Of a DNA stretch of 64,000 nucleotides, positions 10,972-22,603 are shown one piece after another; position 1 is the stretch's first letter, and each line of letters opens with the position of its first letter. The notes beneath the pieces were generated by a model that saw only the letters and a program-made list of their open reading frames with translations, was not told the DNA's origin and made no database searches. Position numbers and translations under genes: made by a program. Source of the DNA: Prasinococcaceae sp. CCMP 1430 (lineage: Eukaryota > Plantae > Prasinodermophyta); NCBI GenBank assembly GCA_013416795.1, contig RQSC01001079.1:150938-214937 (forward strand), given 5' to 3'.

Positions 10972-13610
10972 CTAGGCGCCAGGCCTTGAGAGAACGCTGG
11001 CGAGCGCGGGCTCTGCGCCATCAACCTCGTTACCCTGCATGCCCACGAGGCGGAACACGCGCACGCCGCCGGTTGCGTCACCACATACAAGTACCGGACT
11101 CTCCTCAGAGAAGAGTAGCGAGGTGAATGACGCGCCCTCCACCGCGTGCGACACCACAGGCTTGAGCGTGGACGTCGTGAGGTCCCACACCTCCAGCTTG
11201 CCATTCTCAGTCACCGACCCGAAAATGGTCGACTTGACCGGCGACCACTGACAGTCCGCGACCGCGGCGCTGTTGCTCTGGAAGCTCGCCTGCGGCGTGT
11301 CGCTGTCTTCCGTCCATAGCTTGATGGTCCAGTCCGCCGAGGCGGACAGGAAGTGCGTGGGCGAGAAGGGGCTCCAGGCGATCTGGTAGACAGGACCCGT
11401 GTGGCCGAAGTAGGACTCAAGGTACTGTTCGTTGTAGCTCGTCGAGCAACGGTGGATGGCTCCGTCCTCGGTGCCCGCCAGGTACACGCTCGGGTCGCGG
11501 GAAGAGAAGTCGAAAGTCATGCCGCTCGAGCGCCGGCTGATGAATGCCTCCTGTTTGTTGTAGCCATGGCCACGGCCGCCTGCCGCGCTCTTGTCACCAG
11601 CAGCGCTGGTGCGCGCGCGACCCGCCACCCGCTTCAGTTTCATTAGGTCGGTGTGCTCCAGGCCCTTGGTAATAGACCATTGCGTGACGCGCCCGTCCGT
11701 CGAGATGGACATCAGGCTCTCGCCGCGTTCGGTCCCGCAGCCCACCCAGCGCAGCTTCCATACGGGGTCGCTGTGCTTGCCATTGGCGTGCGTGCTCTCG
11801 AGCACGGGCGCCTGGTCAGCGCGCGCCTGCGCGGCACCAGGCGTGGCGAATGAGCCGCGCACGTCATAGACCCGCACGCTGCCGCTGTAAAGCCCCACCG
11901 CCAACAGGTTCGGGCTCGCTTCCGAGAAGTCGACGCTGGTAACACCCGAGGGCACCTCGATGATCCAATCGGGATACGCGGGATTCTTGAGCGACCAGAA
12001 TGCGACCAGCCCACCCTGCGCCTGCTCTCTGAAGTCAAAGGACCCATAGCCCACCACCAGCATGTCCCGTCGCACGCGATTCCACGCCATGCACGCCACG
12101 TTGCGACCTGCGGTCGCCTCGCATGTGAAGGTCCACAGCGGGAGCAGCGCTTGCGCACCAGACTCGAGCGCAGGTTCGGGGCGCTGCGAGGCGAAGTCGC
12201 GGTAAAGCAGCTGCCTGTCGTGGAACGCGTTTTGCGTCACGCAGCGCTCCATGAGCGCCAGCCGCGCGGGCAGATTCTTCAGCGCATGCAAGCGCACGGT
12301 GGCATCCTGCATGCCGTCGCCCCCCGCCGCTGCCCCGCCGCCGCCGCCCGCACTTCCACCTTCACCAAATGCTTTGGCAAGAGACGACAAGCTCGCCACT
12401 TCTGTCGGTGAGGCATCGGCACCCACGCTTCCGGGAGCGGCCTGCGCTCCAGCCCCCGGGGAAAGGTTGTCCACGCCCGCCCCTACCGCCGCAGCCGCAG
12501 CCTCGGTCCCCAGCGTGCTTTCGCTCCGCGCCACCTTCCTTGGCGCGGTGCGGTCATAGATGTCCCAGACAGTGGCCATCGAGCCCGCTTCAGCCGTCGC
12601 AGGTGCGCTCTCTTGCGCCTCTTTGTTCTTCATTAGAGCATTGAGCGTCTGCGACGTGCCCTCCACGTACGCCTCGGAGGCGTCGCGCCCTGCCAGCCGT
12701 TCCTTGTACCGCACATTTGCGTCCTCGACGGCGCCAGCCTCGGGGTCGTCAGCCCCTACGCAGCGTGCGGGGACGTCGAGGATCATGAAGAACTCGCTCT
12801 CCTCTAGCGTCACCACTACCTCGGTATCGAGCTGCGCGTCGCTCAGCAAGACCGGCGTCTCGCCCGACGTCTGCGCAGCGGTCACGTCCGGGGCGGTGTC
12901 GTCATCGGCGGCAGGCGTGGCGGCACCTCCGACGAGTGCCGAGCTTGCCGGCATTTCCTCGTCATCGACATGAACGCTGTCGCTGTCCGTGCCCATCGTG
13001 CGGCTACTGGGCGCGTCCGTGGGGCTCAGCGGTGCGCTCGTTATGTTGCCTTCTCCCACGTCGGGCGGCTCGCCACGGTCGCTGGCACTGGCCGTCGAAG
13101 CCGGGCCGGGCGACGTCAAACCGTCGACTTCCGACGCGACGCTGCCAGGGCTAGTGGCAGCGCTGCCTTTGCTCACCGCCGGCTTTAGCGAGAGCATCGG
13201 ACGCGGCGTCACATCGACGCCCGCATCGTCGAGCACACACACCTGTGAACGCCGCGGCGGCGCCGGCGCGCGTCGAGGGCGCGCACGGCGGAACCGTTCA
13301 GCAGGGGTGCGCGCGGGCATGCGTCAGCAAGCGTCCGGACCACGACCAGCACAGGGGATCGGCGGTCAGGGCAGGGCAGGGCGCTCGCGCGCCTTGTAGG
13401 ACGGCGGCGCAGGCCCGTCGCGGCGCTACTGACGAGGCGCACAGGGATCGGCTGCGATGGCCGCTGACTGGGGGGAGGGGTGGGGGAATCGTGCGTCGCG
13501 CGCGCAGGGGGGCAGGGGGGCTCACCTGCACGGGCCCCGGGTCCTCCTTCTTCGCGTTGCGCGCAGCGACCGAGCTGCGGCACTGGCTGGTTGAGTTTCG
13601 CCTACTGCGC
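10972..13610 (-). CDS. DNAI4: Axonemal inner-arm dynein intermediate chain (IC138/WDR78). Main exon 13242-10972, intron 13525-13243; further 5' exons up to ~14180 are uncertain
   Basis: Motifs GRNVACMAWN, VVGYGSFDF, FWSLKNPAYP, GKHSDPVW, SISTDGRVTQW, EAFISR, YLAGTEDGAIHRCSTSYNEQYL and GHTGPVY. Confidence 0.9.
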
Positions 13611-14722
13611 CTGCGCGCCGCGCCGGGGCGCGCGCGCGGGGGAGGGGGAGGGGGGAAGAGGGGGCCAACAACAGCAGCGCGCGCGCGCGTCAGCCAGCAG
13701 ACCCAAAAAAAAAATGCCAGCAGGCAATAGAGCAGTGAGTGGCGGTGCAGTCTCGCCTCGCTCGTCGCGAGCAGCGCGCCCCCCTGCGGCAAGTTCGCCT
13801 GTAGGTCTGATGCGCGGGCACAGAAGGCGCCTCTTCGAGCCCCGGCTCGAGAGCGCCTGCGAGCGGGTAGTCGCAGGTAGGAGCGCTCGCTGCGTTTCTC
13901 CCTGAGCGCACACAGCAGGCACGCGGCGTGCGGGCTGTGCGCAGTGTTGGGTGCGCGGCACGCGCAGGCGCTCTGGCGCGACGCACCCTTGCACGGAGCT
14001 CTTTCTCCCGCCCGCCCCCATCGCACCCTTGCCCGCTTCAACCGACGACCCCCGCACCTTGCCCGCCGGCGCGGACAGGCCTTCCGGCCCGCCCTTGGCC
14101 AGCGACGACCGCCGCGCCGAGTGCGCGGCGTCCGCCCCGCCGCCCACACCCCACCCCACCCGCATCGGCTCCCCGGCGTTCACGCCCCCTCCCTCGCGCG
14201 CTCCTTTCGGCGCGTCCCGGCGCCGCGGACGCGCGCCGAAACGCGCTTCCGCAGCTTTGGGGGGGCGTTCGCGGGCACTCGCGCGGACGTCGGAGACCCC
14301 GCGCGGAAACGACGGAGCGCGGCGCGAAAGCGCCCGCTCCGCGGCGGTCCCGGTGCCGTGGCGGACCGGGCGGGGCTTTTTTGGGGGGGCGCGTTTCGAC
14401 CGAATTTTCGCACGTTAAAGAAAAACAAAACGATGACAAAAAAAGCGCGGCGAGCGCATGCACCACTGGGGAGGAGGGGAGGAGGGGAGGAGGGGGGAGG
14501 AGGGGGCCACAGCGCGCCGCGCCGCGCCGCGCCGCTCCGCGCCGGGCGTGTCCGCGAGACGCGTTCCTGCACAGGTCTTCGGGGCGAGGAGCCTCGCCCT
14601 CGCTCGTGCCCCAATCTCGCCGCGCGCACGCGCGCGCGTGAGAGAGAGAGAGGGAGGGACGGAGGGACTGGGGAGGGGTGGGTGCGGGAGTGAATTGCGC
14701 GCGGCGGGCTGTGGCTGTGGCT

Positions 14723-15619
14723 ATGGCTGTGGCGGCGGGCGGGGTGGGTGCACGCGGCGGGGCAGCAGCTGGTGGGCGGCGCGGCGCAGCAGCGCGCGCG
14801 AAGACGAGTGGGAAGGCTGGGCGTGGTGCATGCTCGCGCGTGCCGGGGCGAGCGCGAGCGCGAGCGCGAGCGCGGGGCGGGGTGCGGCCGTGCGCTGCCG
14901 CGCGTTCGAGCGGCGGGCGATACGGGCTGACGGGGGCCTACACCGAGGGCGAGGAGGATGCCATGTCCGACCAGGTGGAGAGGCTCCGGCGGCTACTCCC
15001 ACCGGGCGTCGACGTGCCCTTGCTGGTTTGGAGGACGCCCACGCTCACGCGCGCGCCGGCCAAGGCGCTGGTGCGCTCGATGCTGCACCTGAAACGCGTG
15101 CTGCCGGGGGCGGACCTCGCGGCGTTGGTCGAGCGATGCCCGGGCCTTCTCGACGGCAGCGAGGAGGTGGACGAGCGCGCGCTCTTCCGCCTGCGCGCGC
15201 TGCTTCCGGGCATTGACGTGGACTCCATCGCGTGCGCGGAGCCCGCGCTGTGCGTGCACGCCAGCGGCGACGCCGCGGGCGCCGTGGACGTGGCGGCCAA
15301 CCTCAAGCAGCTGGAGGCGAAGGGCTTCCCTGCGGAGCAGCTTCCGCGGCTCATCGCCGCGCGCCCCCAGATGCTGCTGAGGCCGTACATGTTCGAGGCC
15401 AGCTCGCTGCGGCACAGCTCCGGCACGGGCCTCGCGGCGGCCTCGGCGGCGCCGCCCGCCCCCGGCGCGCCCACGCCGCGCAGCGCGTCGCCGACCACCT
15501 GCGCGTCGGCGGCCGCGGCCGCGCAGGAGGAGGAGGGGGGGAATTGGGAGGAGGGGGAGGCGGCGCGCGCCCGCCCGCCAGCGGCGGCGACGCGCTCTGA
15601 CGTCCATACACCAACGTAA
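14723..15619 (+). CDS. Hypothetical organelle-targeted protein with mTERF-like helical repeats
   Basis: Ala/Arg/Gly-rich transit-like N-terminus. Repeated L..LLPG.D...L....P.L units. Confidence 0.6.
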   Translation: MAVAAGGVGARGGAAAGGRRGAAARAKTSGKAGRGACSRVPGRARARARARGGVRPCAAARSSGGRYGLTGAYTEGEEDAMSDQVERLRRLLPPGVDVPLLVWRTPTLTRAPAKALVRSMLHLKRVLPGADLAALVERCPGLLDGSEEVDERALFRLRALLPGIDVDSIACAEPALCVHASGDAAGAVDVAANLKQLEAKGFPAEQLPRLIAARPQMLLRPYMFEASSLRHSSGTGLAAASAAPPAPGAPTPRSASPTTCASAAAAAQEEEGGNWEEGEAARARPPAAATRSDVHTPT

Positions 15620-15905
15620 CATTAATATACACATTTACAAATACGAAAACGGGAGAGTGTATCCACGAAGTGCGCAGCGATGTGGCCGGGTGCGCATGTG
15701 GTATGATACCATGTACCGCCCTGAGATTACGATGAATGGATTGCGGCTTCGGAGTCGGAGACCGTTCGAACGCAGCGCGAGGGGGCGTGGGGGGGTGGCC
15801 CCCTGTGCCACTCCTCGCGCCGAGCCGAGGCGGGCGCCGCGCGCCCGCGGGCGGGCGCCCCCTCCTTTCTCCCCCCTTCCAGTGGCGCGCGCCTCTCGGG
15901 TGGCG

Positions 15906-18068
15906 ATGGGCGTGCTCGCGGGAGGGCGCTTCTGCGTGGACACCTGGTCGGCGCCGTGCGCGTACGGCGCGTACTTCCTCACGCACGCGCACGCCGACCA
16001 CACCAAGGGACTGGACGGGGGCTGGCGCCGCGGCACGTGCTACTGCACGCCCGCGACGGCGGCGCTGCTGCGCTGCCGATGGGGCGCCGCGGGCGCTCTG
16101 CATGCACGCCTCGTCGAGCTGCCCGTCGGCGAGACCGCGCAACTGCAGGGCGACGGGTGGGCGATGGCGGTGACCGTCATAGGTGCGTTCGAGGTAGTGG
16201 CGTGCGCCGCCCCCGCAAGCGTGCGTGCGCCTTGCTGACGCATCTGCGCGCCCGCCGCAGACGCCAACCACTGTCCGGGATCTGCCATGTTCCTCTTTGA
16301 GGGGGACTTCGGGAGGGTCATGCACACCGGCGACTTCCGGCTCGAGGCGCTCGGGGACGGCGATGCGCGCTCCGCGCTCCCCGAAGCCGTGACGCGTGCT
16401 CCCGTGGATGAGCTGTGGCTTGACGACACCTACCTGCGCTCAGGCGCAGAGTTCCCTGCGCGCGTGGTCGTGCTCTCCGCCATGCAGCAGGTCGCGCTGC
16501 AGCACGTCCGGAGCTTCGAAGCGGGCCGCCAGCAACGCGGCAGCGCCGCGTTGCGCGCGGTCGTGTACGTAGGCGTCGACTCGCTCGGCAAGGAGGAGCT
16601 GCTCATGGCGCTCGCGACGGTCCTTGGGGTGCCCGCCGAGGTCGACGCGCGACGGCTCGTTGCTGCGAGGGCGCTCGGGCTTCCTGCACAGCTCATCGGC
16701 GGACCCTCCGGCACAGGCGTGGGCCAGAGCGGTGTCGACGGCAGTGTGCGGCTGGTGGTTGTGTCGAGGCGGGAGATGCAGGGCGCGAGTGGCGTGGGGC
16801 TCGTCGCCAAGGCGAGAGAGGCTGGCGTGCGTGCTGTGGGGCTACTGCCGACGGGTTTCGCTCACAGGGAGATTGCGGGGCGTGGGCGCCGCGCTGGCGT
16901 CCTCGCTGGGAGCGAGGACGCGCCCGGCGGCGCCGGAGGGAGCGAGGGGGGCGCGAGTTGGCCGAATCTGTGCGTGCCTCACCCCTCCGCGTCAGATGCT
17001 CACGTCTACTCATTCCCGTACTCGCTGCACTCGCCCATGGCGGAGCTACGCACATTTGTGAGCGCCGTCGCGCCCGCGCGCGTTCGGTCGGTCACCCATG
17101 ACGGGGTGTGCATCACGGGGAACTTCGCCGCGGAGCTGGGGCGTGCGCCCGGCGCTCCGTGGGCAGACGGCTCGCTTGTGCTCGGCCTCAAAACGATCGC
17201 GCCGCCGCGCGAACGGCAGAGGGCCGCGGAACGAGATTTGGCCGAGCGCCCGCGCACGTACGAGGCTGCAAGAGTGGCAGCGAAGGCCGTTCTTGAGTCC
17301 AGGCCGCGCGCGGTACGTCCGCGCGCCCCGGGGAAGCTGCTGCCGACCTCGCCTGGCCCGCGCAAGCGCGAGCGCGATGCCGACGACGAAACCCTTCCCC
17401 ATGTCAGTGCCAGCGTTGGCGCGCATGCGCGTGGTGCTGGCGCGCGAGCAGTCTCTGTACAGGCGCCCGCGGACTCGAATGGTGAGCCTGCGGCCGAGCC
17501 AAAGTACCGACCAAACACAGGTGCCGACGAGCGGGCGTCGCAGCGCGCCCGCGGCGAGCCTGTGCAGGATAGGGGGGCGCGGTACATGCCGCCTGTGTGC
17601 GCCCTACCAGGCTCGCCTGCGGGAAAGGCCGAGCTCGCGTCCGGGGCGTGCACAATGGCACGCGATGGGGCCGCTTACGTGCCGCCTGTGTGCTCCGGGC
17701 GTGCCAAGATCGAGCAGGGAAGGTGCGCAGCCACAAACCACGGACAACCACCCGCGCAAAGAGCGCGGGTGGCAGGCCACTTCAGCGGCAATGTTGGCGC
17801 CCGATCGCAAGCAGTCGACCGCAGTGGTGCGATGCCCGCGCGAGCGCGTGCGCAGCAAGAGCGCGCGCGGCTTGCCCGCAAGTCGCGCGTAGCCATGCGC
17901 AGCGCTCTCGCCCTCCTCGGCGAGGCGCGCGGCGCTGTCAGACGACGCGAGCTCGCGGCCGCGGCCTCTGCCGCGCAGGGCCCGCAGATGCAGCACGCCG
18001 CAGTCTCTACCGCGCGCGGCACGGAGCTCGTCGCGCCAGCGGGGTTGCTCGTCTCGAGCAGCCAGTGA
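15906..18068 (+). CDS. SNM1/Apollo/Artemis-family metallo-beta-lactamase beta-CASP nuclease; intron 16183-16260
   Basis: FLTHAHADHTKGL, then IDANHCPGSAMFLF formed by splicing, then HTGDFR, LWLDDTY, GKEELL and PYSLHS. Low-complexity C-terminus. Confidence 0.9.
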
Positions 18069-18241
18069 GCTGCTGGGAGAACGGCGCGGCGCAGCGTCAG
18101 CTATGCGCAGGCTAGGCCTCCCAAGGGCGACTTGACGAGCTGTCATTAATATGCTGGGCGTTTACTCTACGACATCGCGTCGGTCGCAAGCGCACATAGA
18201 AGAGAGGAGCCCCTGCGGTTCGCGTTCTTCCATGCGCTGTC

Positions 18242-18829
18242 TCATTGGATGAGGAGCACAAGGTAGAGAGCGAGGCTGTTGACGGCAGCGAACGGAAACG
18301 CAGGAGTGCCGGCGAATACGCCCGCGGCGGCCGCAGGCAGGGCGAAGAGCGCCTTGTTTGTAATGCCTTTGTCGCTCGGGGTGCGTCGCCGCCGCCGCCG
18401 CCACATGGCACGCGTGCGACGCCGTGTGCGCCGAGTGCGCGACGGGCGCGGGCCGTACGCTGCGGTGCAGGCAACGGTGCAGGCGACCGTGGCGACCACG
18501 GCGAGCGCCGCCGCTCGCCGCACCCATCGCCAAGGACGCATGCCCGGTCGCCGCGGCCGAGGCTCCCGCTTCTGCGGCGTGCGCGCCTCATTTATCGTCG
18601 CGACCTCGGGCGCAACTTCGGCACCGACAACCACCTTGGACCTCTCGCCCCCCTCGCCCCGCCCACCCTGCTCGTCCTCACCGCCCTGCTCATCACCTAC
18701 AGGCGGCACCTGCAGAGGGGGCGCCACCTTCGCCACCCTCGCCGCCTCCAACGCCTCCGCAGCTGCCGCCGCCGCCGCCGCGGCCGCCGCCCTCACCAGC
18801 TCCGACGGAGGCTCGGACGCACGGACCAT
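18242..18829 (-). CDS. Hypothetical small membrane protein (possible internal intron)
   Basis: Coding-like N-terminal codons and two hydrophobic segments (AAALAVVATVACTVAC; FPFAAVNSLALYLVLLIQ). No family recognised. Confidence 0.4.
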   Translation of the reverse strand: MVRASEPPSELVRAAAAAAAAAAAEALEAARVAKVAPPLQVPPVGDEQGGEDEQGGRGEGGERSKVVVGAEVAPEVATINEARTPQKREPRPRRPGMRPWRWVRRAAALAVVATVACTVACTAAYGPRPSRTRRTRRRTRAMWRRRRRRTPSDKGITNKALFALPAAAAGVFAGTPAFPFAAVNSLALYLVLLIQ

Positions 18830-19065
18830 CGCGGGAGCAGCCAGCGCAGCCGGCGCGGCTATGGGCGGCTCCCACCCCACCCCACCCCACCCCACCCCAC
18901 CCACACAGCCTGCCCGCTGTCGCCCTCGCTGTCGCTGTCGCTGTCGCTCCCACTCTCTGACCCGCCACCGCCCTCGCGCTCGCACCCACTCGACCACCCC
19001 CCCACCTCGATTCCCCCCCCCACACACACACACCCCACACACAAACAAACAAACGACGGCCCCTC

Positions 19066-20553
19066 ATGGTCTCCCCAGACTTCGACGCGCTCGTCAACCT
19101 GATTCCCGCGCGCTACTACCTCCCGCCCACGGAGGACACCTACACCAACAAGCGCTGGCACTCGACGTCGGAGCGCGCGCGCGCCAAGCAGGAGAAGGCC
19201 GAGCAGATGAAGAAGTTCAAGCGCTCGAAGCTCGACCCGGCGAACGCGCGCACGACCGTCGAGGCGCAGGCCGAGCTCGCCGCGAAGGACGCCGCCGAGC
19301 GCGCGGCGGCGTCGGCTTCGGCCGCCGCCAACGGGGGCGGCGCGCCCGCGGCCGCCAACGGGGCCGGCGCCTCCGCTGCGCAGCAGCAGCACCAGCAGCC
19401 GCCGCCGCAGCAGAACGGCCACCACCGCCACCATGCCAACAACACCTTCAGCTTCGGCGACGCGACGGGCGCCACCGACGCGGAGCGGCCCGACGCCGCC
19501 GGCGCCGCGCGGCCGAGCCACGTCGAGCTGCAGCGGCGGCTGCACGAGCGGCTCGCGCACCTGCGCGGCAAGCGCAAGGCGGACGAGGGGCGCGCGTCGG
19601 CGCAGGCGGCCACGCAGTGGCGCGAGCAGGTGCTCGCGCAGCGCAAGAAGCGCAAGGAGAACAAGAAGGCCGGCCGCGCGGCCGCCGCCGTCGGCGACGC
19701 GCGCCGCGCCGACGCCAAGAAGGCCAAGCAGCAGCAGCAAAGCGAGCAGGAGCAGCGGCGGCGGCAGCAGCAGCAGCAGAAACAGCAGCATCAGCAGGGT
19801 CAGCGCCGGGAGGGTGAAGGGGACGCCCCCCCGCTTTCGCGGCCAAACGCCCAGCAGCGGCACTCCGAGGGCGCCACCGCCACCGACACGACACCCACAC
19901 CGACGGCGAAGAAGAAGAAGTCCAGCAAGAACAAGTTCAAGCCCGGCGGCTCGATCAGCGCGCCCGACGCGACGGCGGCCGCCGCGGCGGCGGCGCTCTC
20001 GGGCGGCAAGGTGCGCACCAACACGGCGACGGCGCGCGTGGGCGAGAAGGTGCTCAAGCTGGAGTTCAGCAAGGTCAACGTGGACCCCACGGGCGCGGCC
20101 GCGCTGCCCGACGACGGCAAGAAGAGGAAGAAGCGCAAGCAGAGCACGCAGGAGGCGCTCGAGAAGGCCGTGCGCCTGCAGGAGGCGCTGCAGAAGGAGC
20201 GCAGCGACGGCGGCGGCGCGGCGCTCGCCGAGGGCTCGGCGACGCGCCGCCACGCGTGGGAGAGCGCGCTGGCGCGCGCGGGCGGCCAGAAGGTGCTCGA
20301 CAACCCCAGCCGGCTGCGCGCGACGCTCAAGCGCGAGGAGCGCTCCAAAGCCAAGTCGCGCGAGGCGTGGAAGAAGCGCACCGAGGCGCAGGCCGAGCTG
20401 CAGGCGAAGAAGCAGGACAAGCGGCGCAAGAACCTGCAAAAGGTCAAGGACCAAAAGATCGCCAAGAAGATCGACAAGGGCGAGAAGAAGCGCATCAAGT
20501 CGCAGCTGCGCGCGGGCTTCGAGGGGCGCGGCGGTGGCAAGTTCGTCAACTGA
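19066..20553 (+). CDS. RRP14: Ribosomal RNA-processing protein RRP14/SURF6 (an upstream exon may be missing)
   Basis: N-terminal FDALVNLIPARYY and KRSKLDP. SURF6 C-terminus AWESALARAGGQKVLDNPSRLRATLKR...W..R...RAGFEG. Confidence 0.9.
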   Translation: MVSPDFDALVNLIPARYYLPPTEDTYTNKRWHSTSERARAKQEKAEQMKKFKRSKLDPANARTTVEAQAELAAKDAAERAAASASAAANGGGAPAAANGAGASAAQQQHQQPPPQQNGHHRHHANNTFSFGDATGATDAERPDAAGAARPSHVELQRRLHERLAHLRGKRKADEGRASAQAATQWREQVLAQRKKRKENKKAGRAAAAVGDARRADAKKAKQQQQSEQEQRRRQQQQQKQQHQQGQRREGEGDAPPLSRPNAQQRHSEGATATDTTPTPTAKKKKSSKNKFKPGGSISAPDATAAAAAAALSGGKVRTNTATARVGEKVLKLEFSKVNVDPTGAAALPDDGKKRKKRKQSTQEALEKAVRLQEALQKERSDGGGAALAEGSATRRHAWESALARAGGQKVLDNPSRLRATLKREERSKAKSREAWKKRTEAQAELQAKKQDKRRKNLQKVKDQKIAKKIDKGEKKRIKSQLRAGFEGRGGGKFVN

Positions 20554-21003
20554 CGGCGAGCTCGCGCCCGCCCGCCCGCGGTGGTGCGTGGGAGGGCCTC
20601 CCCGCCCACGCCCAGGGCCTCGCCGCCCCACGCCCGCCCGCCTCCTTGCCCCTCTCCCCCAACACACCCACACCAAAAAAAAAAAAGCGACATTCGCTTC
20701 CTTGTAACCATACCCCTCAGCACACGCACACACGGTACGCACGCACGCGCGCACGTCCACGTCCACGTCCACGGCGACGGCCACGGCGCGTCCCGTGCGC
20801 GGCGTCGCGCCCCAGCGCATAGATGCGCAGACGACGCACGGGGCGGCGAGGCGGGCGTGGGGCGCGACAGAGGCGCTGGAGGCCGCGCGCCTCCTCCCTC
20901 GGCGCCAGCCGGGCAGCCGCACGCGAAAAGCGGCCCGTCCCGCTCGCCGCATGTAAAAATGGAGGGCCGCCGTGCTTCTTAGGGCGCGCCGCGCGCGCTC
21001 CAG

Positions 21004-22603
21004 CTAGAGCTCGCTGGCGTCGTGGCCACCCATGGCGATCTCCTCCTCCTCATCGTCCTCGTCGTCCTCCGCGTACTCCTCCTCGTCCTCCGGCTCCGGC
21101 TCGTTGGCCTTCTTGTACTCCTCGCGCGCCTCCTTCTCCGCCTCGGCGTTGGCCAGGATGGCGTCGCGCTCGGTCTTGGCGGCCTCCTCGTCGTCCGTCA
21201 CCAGGATGTTGTCGAAGACGCTGCCGGAGTTGACGGTCCACAGCTCGAACGCGGCCACGCCGATGTCCTCGTACTTGGCGTAGGTGTCGGGCGCGTACGC
21301 CTCGTTGTCGATCTGCTTGGGCGCCCACTCCCCCTTGTACTCCGGGTTGGGCTTCATCGGCTGCACCCAGGGCCCCTTGTACTCGGGGTTGGGGACCTGG
21401 GGCGCCTCCCACTCCCCGTCCTCCTCGGTGTCCCAGTCGTCCGGCTGCGACGCCTCGGGGTCGGCGACGGTGGGCGGGATGTCGTCTGCGGGTCGGGAGG
21501 CGGGGGGGAGGAATCGCGGGAGCGGCGGCAGGGATGCGGCAGACGCGGCAGCGGGGTCAGACAAAGCGGCCTCGGCGCATCGCCCGCGCCCGCCACCCAC
21601 CTCGCGCGCGCGCGCGCGACGCCCACGTCGCTTCCTCATCCGCCCCCTAAGCGCTGCCCCAGCGCTGGCTCACCGTAGCCCTCCGGCTTCTCCACCGACT
21701 CGTCCACGATCTCGGCGTCCTCGACCCAGTCGTCGGGCTTCTTGTCGGCCGGGTCTGCGGGGCGGGCGGGCGCGAGGGGCGCGCGCGTCAGCCGCCGGCG
21801 CGCACGGCGGCGGGCAGCGGCCGCAGCGCCCGCAGCAGCAGGCAACCACAACGGCGCTCCAACAAAAACCCGCAGCAGGGGGCACCCGCGACGACGACGC
21901 CCCGGCGCACACGCCACACGCGTCGGACCGCGCCACAGACAAGCCACAAAAACGCACCGTCGATCTGCTTGGACGGGAACGCCCAGTCCTCCGAGATCTC
22001 GCCCTCCGCCTTGACCGAGCCGTCGAAGAGCACCTTGTAGGTGCCGTCCTTCTTGAGCACCAGCGTGTACACGTGCGTGAACTCGTCCTTCTCGTTGTAG
22101 TCGAGCTTGATCTCGTCCTCCTTGAGCAGGTTCTCGCCGTTGTACTCGAAGATGGCGTGGATGCGGCTGATGTCGTAGCCGCACAGGTCGGGGCCGAACA
22201 TGACGTTGTACTTGGTGTCGCCGCCGAGGGTCTTGGCGTCGGTGTCCTTGGGCATCAGCTTGATGTAGCCGCCGCCGCAGAAGGCGTACTCCTTCTTGGA
22301 GTGCTTCACGGAGAACTGCAGCACGAGGTCGCTGTCCTTGGTCGAGAGCGTCTCGGCGAGCGGCGCCGAGATGGTGTGCCAGCGCATGTCCTCGCCGGTC
22401 ATCATGCCCTTGTCCTCAAGGTCGGCCGCCCACTCGCCCGCGGTCCACTCCAGCTTGCCCTGGTCGGAGCCCTTCCACTCGGACGGCGTCCAGCGGCCCT
22501 CGAAGTCGGTGTCAAACTTCTCCTGGAAGAAGGTCTTGGCGTCGGCCGCGCCGGCGAGCGCGGCCGCGGCCACGCCGGCGGCAGCAGCAATGCGGGTCGC
22601 CAT
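21004..22603 (-). CDS. CALR: Calreticulin; exons 22603-21958, 21754-21674, 21485-21004
   Basis: Signal peptide, CGGGYIKL, MFGPDLCG, P-domain repeats (KPDDW, DGEWEAP, NPEYKG), FELWTVNSGSVFDNIL and an acidic tail. Confidence 0.95.
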
